A stretch of 64,000 nucleotides of DNA from Zygnema circumcarinatum SAG 698-1b (Eukaryota; Plantae; Zygnematophyceae). The stretch spans positions 2,368,617 through 2,432,616 of the forward strand of contig CM074818.1 in NCBI GenBank assembly GCA_037447605.1. Reading direction: 5' to 3'. Position numbers and translations under genes: made by a program. Shown here one piece after another: positions 37,363-48,500 of this stretch (position 1 is the stretch's first letter; the number at the start of each line of letters is the position of its first letter). Below the pieces are notes generated by a model. It worked only from the letters and a program-made list of their open reading frames with translations, did not search any database and had not been told where the DNA came from.

Positions 37363-39834
37363 TCAGAGCGCGATGCGACCCAGTGCAAAGTTGTAGAGCG
37401 CCTCCACCCACATGTCGGGCACGCCCCCCGCACACCAATGCGTGCAGTCGTCCTTGGCACCCGGACCCAGCTTGCCGCCTGCACACACACCACAACCCGT
37501 CACTCCCTACGTGAGGGCACAGGCAATCTCTCTCTGCTTGCAACTGCTTCCGAAATTGCATAAATTGGCAAAAAATGTATACAGTTTCAGCAAGAGGATT
37601 GAGCTCCAGCTTCTTGTGAATGAAGTTAAGCCGTCCCTTGTGTAGCTTCAAAAGCCCCCAGTTGGGCCCACCTTTGATAAACCAGTTCTGCACTTTTGCG
37701 TCCGGACGGTAGAGGCTCGCGGTGGTGACGTCGAGCAGCTTCAGCGGCGTCTTGGCGGCCTTCTTCTGGAGAGCCAGAAGACCCAAAAACTCCTTCCCGA
37801 TCTGCCCCACCTGCGTGCTTCTTCCAACCCGATCAGAAGCACTTCAAATTCAAACAAACAAACAAACAAACAAACAAACAAAACAGGGCACACATCGCAG
37901 GTGCGGGCACAGATACGGACCTGGTTGGAGTTAAGAATGGTGTTGGTTTCGCAGAAGGAGCCCTTTGCGGCCACTCCCGTAGGCAGGTTGTAGAGAGTGG
38001 GAGAGGCACTCAGCAGGACGGCCGAACCCTTAAAGTTGATGGTCCGCAAGTACTGCGATATGGTGGCAAGACCCATCTCGTAGGCTTGCTGGTTGGTCAG
38101 TCCCTGCAGCTGCTTGCTGTTGGAGTACCATACTTTGCTGCCTGTGAACCACCAGCTCGTGGCCTGCACAGAGAGCCACCCTCTGATGGATCAGAGCAGG
38201 GAGAGCTGTGTTACTCTGGCCAAAACGAGGGCTTTCAAAACAGCCACCAGTAAGCAACAATCCCTTCTCTAGTCGTTACGGAGTAACGGAAGGGGTGGGG
38301 GAGAGGAAGGAAAGGAAGGAAAGGAAGGCCCTTTAGTTTTGATTTGGGTTTTGATTTTCGTCAACCTGGAAGACGATGACGTCCACGAGGTTGGCGAGTT
38401 TCCCCCAACCCGGGTCCACTGCAGCAAGGTTCACGTTGTTCGCGCTTGAGCCGGGTGTAGGCGGAAGATTCTCCACCATGAAGCGGGAAAAGGTTTTGAT
38501 TATGAAGAAGTTCTTTCCGGGATACTGCAACGCTGAGAGAGAGAGCACTGTAAGGACCCTAAAATGCGCGCCGTGCTCACCAAAGAAAAGCGCAAAGTCA
38601 AGGTCAAGGTCAGCCGACAGCAGCTAAAGGTATTGCTGTTGAAGGCGCCATAGCCAAGGGGTTGGCAGGGAGGAGAGGAGGGAGAGAGAGAGAGAGAGAT
38701 GGGAGAGATGTCGGAGGCACCTCCTGCCCTCTGAGGGTAACACCGGAGATCGTCTGCTTCCAGGCTTTGAGTTTAACGCTGCCCGAATTCACGATGCAGG
38801 AGAAGGAGTCGCCGAAGTTGGTGGCAAGAGAGTCCCCCACGATGAGCACCTTCTTGTTTTGAAACGTTTGCGCCATCTTTGCGGCAGAAACGGAGTCCAG
38901 AGAGCAACCGGATGGCTGCAAGCCGGCAACAGAAGGTGGCGGTAAAGCGGAAGAAAAGAGAGCATAGGAGCATGGAAAAAGGGCGGAACAGAACCCAATT
39001 TGGATGCAAATCTTACCCTCCAGCTCTGCTTCTGGAAGTTCAAATTGGGTCTGGAATTTCCCTGGCAGTTAAAGTTGGTGCGCAGGAATGGGCAATTGCT
39101 TCCAGTGTATAGAGGCTTCGTGTTGTCCGCCTGCCATGAGCCTAATGTGAGGTTGCACAGCATCCCTACGGATAGAAAAAGCTCCCCCACCCAGGGATGC
39201 AGGTTTTGGATAAGCAAGGATGGAAGACTGAGCACTACAGAATCTGATCCTGATTGGGTCAGTCTATGTGCTAAAAAATCAGATTAAAGGTGCTCAGTCA
39301 GTAGGGCCCGATCCGTTTTATAAGTATTGGCTTCTCACACGAAAGTAAGTCGTACAAGAACTGACAAAACCATGAAAGACATGCATGAGAGATTATCTCC
39401 CTACGTTTCGTTTGAAAAAGCTTCGTCTTTTCATTGGTGCTGGCACAAAGTGTTCGTCATGAAAACGAAGTCTATTGAAACTTAACATAGATTGAGTGTT
39501 CATATTCAATGCTTCTTACTTTCACCAGTGTCAGCAATGCAAGGCACAAGCGCGGCATTCAGACTTCCAGCTCGTTCCCAATAAGCCACTCCGAGTTTGC
39601 TGGCAGGCTACCGCTTGCCGCGGGCAAAGGACATAGTTTCACCTTCCAGGGGAGTGCAGCCCAGCAGGAAGAGCGCTGCCAAAAGGGCCGTCCACACGAT
39701 CCCGCCCATCTGCACCGCACCCAGCTACCATCAAAGAAGGCGAAGGGGGGACACAGGATAAAGAAGAGAGGCAGATAGAGAGGGGGAGAGAGAGTGAGAG
39801 AGGAAATGGTGAGGTAGATTGCGTCTGTTGCCAC
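37363..39834 (-). CDS. Trichome birefringence-like (TBL / PC-esterase) polysaccharide O-acetyltransferase
   Basis: PMR5N segment CNLTLGSWQADNTKPLYTGSNCPFLRTNFNCQGNSRP..WR|PSGCSL; GDS motif VLIVGDSL; LKLLDVTTASLYRPDAK; last exon DDCTHWCAGGVPDMWVEALY..* (DxxH). The 5' start is approximate. Confidence 0.9.
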
Positions 39835-40149
39835 TCAACTGGCTCTGTCAGTTCACCTCCACCTGCTATTCAAGAGAAGCAACTGAGCATTATCGCCGAG
39901 CTGTGGCAGCATGTAATGCCTTCAAACGATCCAGCAATGCTCCCCGGCCCCCCTTCCGCCTTCACAAGGCTGCAGCTGCTGCAAGGGTGCTCTACTCACC
40001 ACGCCGACAGAATGGGAAGCTCCCCGCGCCCTCCCCACCCTTCCCTCCACGCTCTGTATTCACCTGCCCCTTCCCTCCCTCCCTCTTCCTCTCCCCTCTC
40101 CCACTCCCTCTCCCTCTCCCACTTTCTCTCCCACTTGCTCTCCCTTCCC

Positions 40150-40450
40150 CGCCGTCCGCGGTTCCGGGCCAGGGCGGCGGCGGCCTCCCTCCCTCCGTCC
40201 GTACGGTCAACACCGCCCTGTCACCAGTCCACCGATGATGTCACACTGACGCCAGTAGTCCTTGCCCGCCCGGTTCCTGTCCTTTGCTGTCCGTACACAA
40301 AGCCAATGGCGGACACGGAATAAGCGTGCGAACGTATGACTACGAATACTTTGGCGGGTAGTAACAGTACGGCCGGATGAGGGCTCAAGTGGGCACTGGG
40401 CGGGCGGGCGGGTCCGATCCGGAACCAATGTACGAAATCGTACGGAAAAA
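40150..40450. promoter_or_regulatory. GC-rich promoter island with GTAC motifs upstream of the TBL gene
   Basis: GTAC cores at about 40200, 40292, 40366, 40430 and 40439, mostly in a (C)GTACG context. Confidence 0.45.
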
Positions 40451-41095
40451 TTCACACGCGTGAAGTGCTAGCAAGGAGTTGGCAGGTTTGTTTTGGAATA
40501 AAGGTCGTTTTCGGGATGAGTGTGTTATTGCGTGTGGTCGATGAGGGCCCGCGGGCGACTGCCATCCATGCATGCATGTGAGGGAGGGAGGGAGGGAGGG
40601 AGGGAAGGAGGGCTTCAACGACGACGAGTGAGCAAGTTGTGAACGAAGCAGGACTCGCTCCCACTCTACAGACGTGGCCGCCGCCAACACTCGCGCGCCG
40701 TTTCAATTTCTCAGAGTTGTCTCGCTCAGCGTTTACGGAATTGCTGTGTGACAGGAGCACGGATTTATGGGGGGGCCTCCCTGCTGCAGGCAGAGGGCAG
40801 AGAGGGCTGTCTGCTTCTGCCATCCAGATCGACCCATGCAGACCATCATACGCCAAATGAGTGGTACTCTTTTTGAGCATAAAGCAGTGGCGCTGGCTGC
40901 AGCACAGGCCCAATGCTCGCCTCATTTTTGTGCGTTTTATGTTTATGTTTTGTATTAAGCTGTGCCCGTGTCCGCCATTGGCCGCCAGCAGACCGGCGGC
41001 AACCGCTTTCGGCTCTATCTATGCAAAGGCAGACAGTCAGGCAAGCAAGCAGGCGAGGGGTTACAGAGCAGGGTTCAGCTGTGGGTCGGTCAGTT

Positions 41096-44000
41096 TCATA
41101 GCGGCTTGAGCGGGTGGTGATGCCTTGCGCCCCTGCACACGACCTTCAAGCAGGCCAAGTCCTCGTCTAAGTTCCACAACTCCAACTCTCTAAGGCTTGC
41201 TTCTACTGCTGCACTGCTGCTTTCTACGGACGAAGTCTTTTCATATGTTACAATCGAAAGCAGTCTAGAATCCGTTGCGTTGTCCGTAAGCGTGTACTCG
41301 TCTAGCAAGGCAAGCATGGAGTCGTCAATGCGGCCGACTACCAGCTTTGACTGCTCCACCACTTCATACAAAAGGGCGCCCAGAGATTCTGCAGACTCGC
41401 TCTGGTCGCCTTCCGCTGCAGACGCTCTGACCTTCTCTCTCCCCTCACTCTCACTCTCACTCCTCTCCATCTCCTGCGCTGAAGCTGAGCTTCCCTCCGT
41501 TTTAGCTGTCTCTCCTTGTCCAGAAGACGCAAACCCCCTTTTCCAGAGGGACGACTGGAGACCGATCAAAACATCGTTGACTGCTTTGCTGCTCTTGAAG
41601 TAGAGGAAGCCCCGGTAGTAGTACGCCCCCCTGTCAGCGACCCTCCCTGCAACATCCGCATCTATTAGATGGAGAGGAAGGGCCGGCGGAGATAGCCATG
41701 TGGTGTCAACGCTGGAGAAGACCACGTGGTATCCAAGCTGCAGGACGGAAGTTATGGCTTCCAGCTGCAAACTACTATAGACCAACGCAGGCGAAGATGC
41801 CAACTCCCTCTGCTCGGAGGGATGCTCCATCTCTTCCTCCTTGTTGGGTTTGTTTGCCAACGATTGCGAGGGGGAATCCTTCTCTCCCTCCCCCCCCCTG
41901 TGAAGGTCGAGGGGACGCACAACAAGCACTGCATGGCCCCTCCGGGAAAGCTCTTGGGCTTCATCTTCTTCGGAAGTGACAACAGCGTAGTTGAGAACGG
42001 GCAGTTTGGTTATTTGGCATAGCCAATTGCTGACCAGGGCAGGAGGCATGCCCAACGCGCTGACCAGCACCACTGTTTGGTTGGAATGCAGGGAGGCCAA
42101 GAACCCCTCCATGTTCTCAGTCGTGCGTGCAATTCTCCTTGTCAGCACCTCCTGTATGTAACCATGCACAGATAACCTATCAGAAACAAGCTTACGTGTT
42201 GTGACGTAGACCCTATGGTGGCCGCATTCTGACAGACAGATTGTCAGGGTCTCATCGCGAACAGGAAGGATGAGACCACAATATATCTCGTTATGCATCA
42301 TCACCAGCGAGCCGGTTGATGTGACTGCTACTAACTAACCTGAAAGCATAAGTCGTATCGTGGCACGTTCCGCAAAGGCGGTAGTGTGAAGGGTTCTCCC
42401 TCCTCGCCCTTGCGCTCAGTCAGGAGGACAACATTCTCCGAACCTTCTCGATTGTCTCTGAGAAGCAGCAACCCACTTCACTGTGTGACGACGAGCCATC
42501 CAGGTCGGAAAACGCAGTGATAAAGACACCACTTTGCTGCTTCACAAACAGCAGCGAAACTCGAGCGAGCAAGGGTGTCTATGGCAATGGGAGTCATCAT
42601 CTAAAGTTATAAACGCGGTTGACGCAGCGTGCTAGCTGATGAGTTTTTAGCTTTCTCATCAGTATTTGCAGCTGTATTGGCTTCTGCTAGCAGTTCTGTA
42701 CACATGAAGCTCTGATGTCCATCTTAGAGCTATCAATACCTGAGTGAGATGGCAAACGTCTGCTCATACTCCAGTTGCGCATACAAGTTGAGATATCCCT
42801 TCGCATGCGCAAACTTAATAAACCACGGAATCCATATCTTTTCGCCGTACTTTCTGTACCAGTTGGTGGTTGCCAAACCCTCCAGGTAAGGTTTTAGGTT
42901 GAGCGCCCTCTTCCTGTCATACCAAAGACGGAATTCCCGCCATGGCTGCGGGAACACAAGCTGTCCCCACGAGCTGATGAGCTGATAAAGAAGCACGCGA
43001 GTGCTGTTGGCTACCTGCACAGCGTTGCCTCTTATTCCTACACAGCCAACCAAGAACAAGAACTTATCAGAAACTGTTTGGTGTCTATCTGCTCTGAGTA
43101 CTTTCTAATACGCTTCAAATAAAATGCCTGGACAGAAATGCCATATTTGTAAGGATCTCTTTTAGCTTGGAGTTCCTTACAGATGCCGAAAACGTACGTT
43201 TAAGGGCGGATGTGGTTGCAAATGCATAAGGCTCCTTGACCTCTCAACACCTCACCATCTCATCATCATATCATCATCATATCATATATATATATATCAT
43301 ATTATATTATCATTATCATTATCATTATCATTATCATTATCATTATCATCTCTCTTTCTTTTTCTTTACTCTTTCTCTCTCTCTTGACCTCTTTTTCTCT
43401 CTTTTCTTGATCTCTCTTTTTTTCTCTTTTCCTGCTCCTTGGCCTTGGTCTTCTTAGACCGTTTCGAACAACGTGGAGTGCACCTCTTCAAAGCGCAACA
43501 AAACTGCCAAGGAGAAGCGAGGGGAGACTGACCTGGTACGAACTGAGGTCGCTGCAGGCTGATGCCATAGATTGAAGGGTTAAAATTTGCCGAATCAAAA
43601 AAAAAGGTGTTGATAGCCGTTCGTAAAAATCGATAATATAGAGGTGAAACTTCTACATCGTCCTCGATAATAAGTGCAAACTCATAATCTGATGTGGGCC
43701 ACCAAGCTTCAATCCACTGTTCCTGTGACCCTACGTTGGTCCGTCTGGATACAGTTGCACTGATAGCAGCATCAGTAGTCTATTCGTCGTTGATATCGAG
43801 TGTCGACTGCCATTTTTTTTTTGGGTTCTCTAGCTGCTTTAACCCAGTGGATACAGCCACAAATAGTTTGTCTATTGGATATTTTTGACCTAAGACTATG
43901 TGTGCGCAGTGAATAATGATCAATCTTTACTGGAACTTAGAAACAAGGAATCAAACGCTCTATAGTAGCAAATTACATTACCTGTAATGGATTTCTTTAG

Positions 44001-44684
44001 GACCGTGTGGCCAATCAAATGAATCGAGAAAAGCAAGAAGCTCATGCGACTTCTGTAGCTTCTCTTCCAACGCAGACGCATTCCCTTCCGTATCATCTCG
44101 GAAGTGGTCCAACATAACATAGAGCCTCACTATATCATCATCATAGTACGCAGATCGTAACGAGTTGAGTGATCGATTAAGGTAATCTAGCTGCTGGAAA
44201 GCAAGCAACTTGATGCGCAGCTGGAAAGGCTGAGGCTTATTATAAACCTTGGTCTGCATCCAGAGGAGGGCTCACAGCCCTGAAGGATATCAGCTCATTT
44301 ATCTGGTGCTCTGTAAACAGGTCCTTCAGGCACGATTCGTGAAAGAAGAAACAGCACGCTGACAGTTCCGAGAAAAGGACGCCATCCACTGCTTTCCCTC
44401 CCTTTCCCTCCCTCTCCCCTCTCCCTCTCTCCTCTCCCTGCCAATACCTTATTTGGCATATCGAGAGTGAGCGGGAGGGGGCAGACGATGGGCCAGTCGC
44501 TCGTCTGCGGCGCGCCCCGCGTCTGGCGAACGACTGTCTCGTGCAGCTCCGCCTGGTGGCCGACCAGCCCCAACACGACGATAAGCAGCAGCAGCGAGCC
44601 AACCGTCGTAAGTCCCGTCTGCAGCAGCCGCGGCACCTGCAGACCGGCCGGGAGCCGCAACGCTCCATTGCGGAACGTCGTCAT
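41096..44684 (-). CDS. Type II membrane glycosyltransferase (At5g12260-like): GT2-like domain plus a C-terminal nucleotide-diphospho-sugar transferase (GT77-like) domain
   Basis: Exon 1 44684-44448 with TM segment LTTVGSLLLLIVVLGLVG; FQLRIKLLAFQQLDYLNRSLNSLRSAYY..VMLDHF; QEQWIEAWWPTSDYEFALIIEDDVEVSPLYYRFL..IYGISLQRPQFVPG; LYQLISSWGQLVFPQPWREFRLWYD..WIPWFIKF; long last exon with NWLCQITKLPVLNY..LSRRGHAV..VLQLGYHVVFSSVDTTW. Confidence 0.88.
43255..43450. repeat. (CAT)n/(TATCAT)n plus CT-rich microsatellite in a glycosyltransferase intron
   Basis: catcatcatatcatc...tatcattatcattatcat followed by a CT tract. Confidence 0.85.
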
Positions 44685-45279
44685 CGTTCGCAGGGACTCC
44701 AAGCTTCCCCTCGGAGAGTTGGAACCTGTGCGAGGCATCGCAACGTGCCCACACTACAGCAGAGGGCACTTCATCTGCCGGAGACAGGATGGAAGGGTGC
44801 GGGTCGACTCTGCGGTCGGAAGGACTCAGATGTGGCGCGTGCGCCTCGCCATTCGCAAGAGAAGGGTTCGCAACGGGAGGAACGCGCATGGCCTGAGCTA
44901 TGCGCCGCGCGTAATGCAGGATGCCCTCAGCCACTCTGCCAAGAGTCCGGAGACTCCAAGCAGCTTGAGCACACGCCCGGAACCGGAACCTAACTTGGAG
45001 CAGTCCAGCGTGATGACGTCCACACGACGGCAGAGAGTCGGACGAGCATTGGAAGAAAGGTCGACGCGCATTCCCCTCGAGCGCAGCAGGCGGAGGCGCA
45101 GGCCGGCAGCGCCTCCACTTTCCCCGGCCGAGGCAGCAGCAGCAGCAGCAGCAGCCGCAGCAGCCCCTTCGTCCCTCCCTCCCTCCCTCCCTCCCTCCCT
45201 CCCTCCCTCACAGAGGGCGCGGCCCGGCAGCCATGGTGCTCCCCCTCCGCACTCCCGAGCTCGTAATTGGCGACGCCTG

Positions 45280-45450
45280 CCGTACGATGCCGTACGATCC
45301 AGTACTGTACGTTACGGAACGATATCATCGTGTACGATACGCTACGGTCCAAAACCGTACCATAGCGTTCGGCATCAATGTGCTGTACAGTACTGTACAG
45401 TACAAAGTAGTACGGCCACGACTTCGGACTTCGGAGCGTCCCTTTCGTAC
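45280..45450. promoter_or_regulatory. 5-bp-periodic GTAC array in the divergent promoter between the glycosyltransferase and FIST-Lon genes
   Basis: 12 GTAC cores in ~170 bp in 5-bp register (cgtac gatgc cgtac gatcc agtac tgtac gttac ggaac...), including a perfect 18-bp palindrome CTGTACAGTACTGTACAG at 45383-45400. Confidence 0.7.
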
Positions 45451-45546
45451 GGACGGTGCTGGAAAAGCGGGAGAGCTCGCGGACGCGCGGACGGACGGGC
45501 CCCGTCCCCCGAGGCGGAAGGGGTAGCGGGGAGGGAGGGGGACGCT

Positions 45547-48500
45547 ATGGCGCCATGGCGGGGGACGGGGGAGGCAGCGAGCCGAGCCATGTGGCGCCAT
45601 GGCTTCTTCCGCAGAGCTGCGAGCCGCTGCGCGCACGTCCACGCAGCAGCCACTCCCTCCTCCTCCTCCCCCGCGCCTCTCTCCTCGCCGCAGGATGCGC
45701 TCGCGCTCGCAGCATGCCGCCCTGTCCACTCACATCGCCGTCCTTCTCGCCCCTTCTCGTCGTCCTCTCGCACAAACGAAAATATTGCAGGCTGGAGCTC
45801 AAATGTGCAGACCGACGATGGTCGGACTTTTCAGTTTGCAACGGTGATCGTTGAAGATGGCAGCGCTGCGGACGCGCCCTCGGCCATGTGGAATCGCACC
45901 TGCCTCCTCATCGGAGGCTCTCCCACAGCAGCGGTGGCGTTTGTTTCGCAGCCGACGGCTGCGGCCATGCAGGCCATTGCATACTTCAGCGAACGCATCG
46001 GCAGTGGCGATGGAGGGCTTTCGTCCAGCAGCGAAAGTCCTGAAAGCGGTAAAGAGCCGCCTATTCCCGCTATTATCGGATGCGTTGCAGACGAATGGTC
46101 TGGATATGGAGGAGAGTTCGCTTCTGCAGGCAGGCGGGGCGGGCTCTCCGGGTCCGGCCAAGATGGCCGGGACGGGTATCGCTCTTGGAGGCGAGAGAGG
46201 GAAAACGACGACGCGGTGGGGCAGGCATTAGCAACACTGCATCCTTTGCTCAGCGCTCTTGGCAGCTCTCAGACTCCCCGGCGGTTGTCAGGGGAGCAAA
46301 GCACGAGAGAAATGCTGAAGAAGGCTCTGCAGGCAAAGAGCTCTGCGACGTCGGGGTCTGATATTCCAGCAGGCCTCGCGGCAGGTTTGTTTGACAAAAG
46401 GGAGGATGAGTGGGGACCAAATCGAGGAGAGGCATCGAATGCGAGTGTTGACTGGGATGATAGAGAGGCTGAGGTTGACGAGGCGAGCATTTTTGAGACG
46501 AATGAAGGTGATACCCCGGAGGATTGGCTGCAGTTGTGTAATGAGTATGAGGAAGTTGTAGCGCGTGGAGATGAATGGAGCGAACTGTTAACTGGAGGCG
46601 AAACTGACGATCAAAATGCCATAGCGGAGAAAGGATCCACTTGGGGTAGTGATGGTGTAGAGGCGGCGGTTCAAAATGGACGGAGTAAATCGGTGAAAGA
46701 GAAGGCTTCAGAACGTGAAGTTGAGATCGAGAAGTCGATTAGGAAGAGTTCTCACAAGCGTCGTCAAAAGAGTCAGTTGCTTAAGGATGTGAACTATCAG
46801 GAGGGGGATGAGTCGGTGGTTGGGGTGGCCGGCCGAGTTGTTGTTGGACGTGGAAGCAGGCAAACTGGCGATAAAGAAAAGTTTCGCCTCCACCTTTGTG
46901 CAGCTCGTATGCCAGGTGTCTGCGCAACTGCTTTCGTTTCTCCCACTCCTGCACTCCCCTGCCTTCCAAACTTTAGGAGAGCTGTGCTGGAGGACAATCC
47001 ACACATGCTAATATTTGGAGCACCAGGTACGCTCTCTTAGCAGCTGATCATCCATTCTCTGTTTTAGCCGGCGACGATTGATTTTGGCAAATCTTATGAA
47101 GTTATGAGATAAGGAGGCCAGCCTTGCACTTGTTTCACCAATCCATTTTTCACGAAAATCCACTGCGTGAAGTGCTGCCTATGACTGTGATTTGCAGGCT
47201 TTGTCTACAGTGAATTCATGCAGCGTCTCACATCAGTTTTTCCACAAAGTGCTCGGTAAGCTTGTAGGACTTGCTACGTGAAGGTTGTTTTACTTGTTCT
47301 CTCAGGTGTTTCTTGTTGATTTTTTCATGTTAGGGACAACGAGGCCACGGCATTGAGTTGTCACGTTCATCTGGAAACTGCTAACGAGTTTTGCATGAAA
47401 CCTTGGTCGATTACAGGGCTGCCGTTTTCTTGAGACCTTTGTTCGATGAGGTCGCGAACATAAAGCGAGGTGGCCTTGTGGAAGCAGGACCTTCACCTCT
47501 GTTTTATGGCCCGCACGTTGCACACAAAGGGGCTGTGGGACTTGCACTCAGCTCGGATGGTATGTTGCACTCGTTTAGCCTTTGTTTCATGACGTGCTTC
47601 GCACGTTTCACATTGTTTTACCCTTTCTCTGGTCTTCCTTTGCCTTTGTAGAACGAATACTTCGTTCTATTCATTCTTGACACAACTCTATCCTGTATCT
47701 GTTCACTCCTTGTCGTCCTCTCAGATGTCTTTGGCGTCCCTTCCCCTTTCGTTCTTGCATGTCTCTGTTCTGGACAAGGATCAGAACAGACCATAAGATG
47801 AGTTCCGTAAATCTGCATCAAGTGTTCTTGAGGTTGCAGGCAAGGCAAGCAAGTTACCTTTGGCAGCTTTTGCTGAATTCGTAAGGATGTCCCTTGCATT
47901 TCCGCGGCTTCCTGGCCAAATTTTACTCGAGTAAGCCTGCCAACTTCAGCCGTGGTTTATGAGTAGGGGAGCTGTCTCTGCATGCGATACTGCCAATGGG
48001 GGCACCCCCTGGCAAGACCACTTGCAAAATTACGGTAGCGTTAATGGCAAAGAAGCTCTGCTTGATGGCTGCAGAGACTCCATAAGCTGCCACCTTTTCA
48101 AACCCCGCTTTCCCCCCCTCATCTTGCCTCCGGAGATTGCCCCACGGAGCTCACCAACACGTATAGCGAAAGCGAATCTATTGGAGCGATCTTCAGCAGA
48201 GAAGGGAGGGGAGGATGCGGCTGTAAAGAACTGGGTGGAGCAACTGACACCGTATTTGACCAAGACTAAGGATGGGGCAAACGCAGAAGGACTTGAAAAC
48301 ACATCTAAGAAGAGTGAGATAATGGCTCGAACTCTTAGGCTGATGTTGGAAGCGAAAGCAGAGGATGACAGGGAGGAAACGGTAGCAATGTTTGGAAAGC
48401 TATTCAGCCAAACACAGAGAAGGCGACTGGTCGTAGTGGTATGTGACGACATGGCAGCAACTTTAGAGAAGGTTGCTAAGGAACGGGGTTGGCATTGAAG

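Noticed and set aside
40639-40860. 73-aa ORF on + next to the TBL promoter island
   Set aside because: Non-ATG start, no homology recognised, and the nearby splice combination I tried creates a stop.
44467-45546. First ~360 codons of the 857-aa ORF 44467..47040
   Set aside because: Starts at a non-ATG codon, runs antisense over the glycosyltransferase first exon and through the GTAC promoter array. It is open by chance in GC-rich DNA; the credible start is 45547 or 45589.
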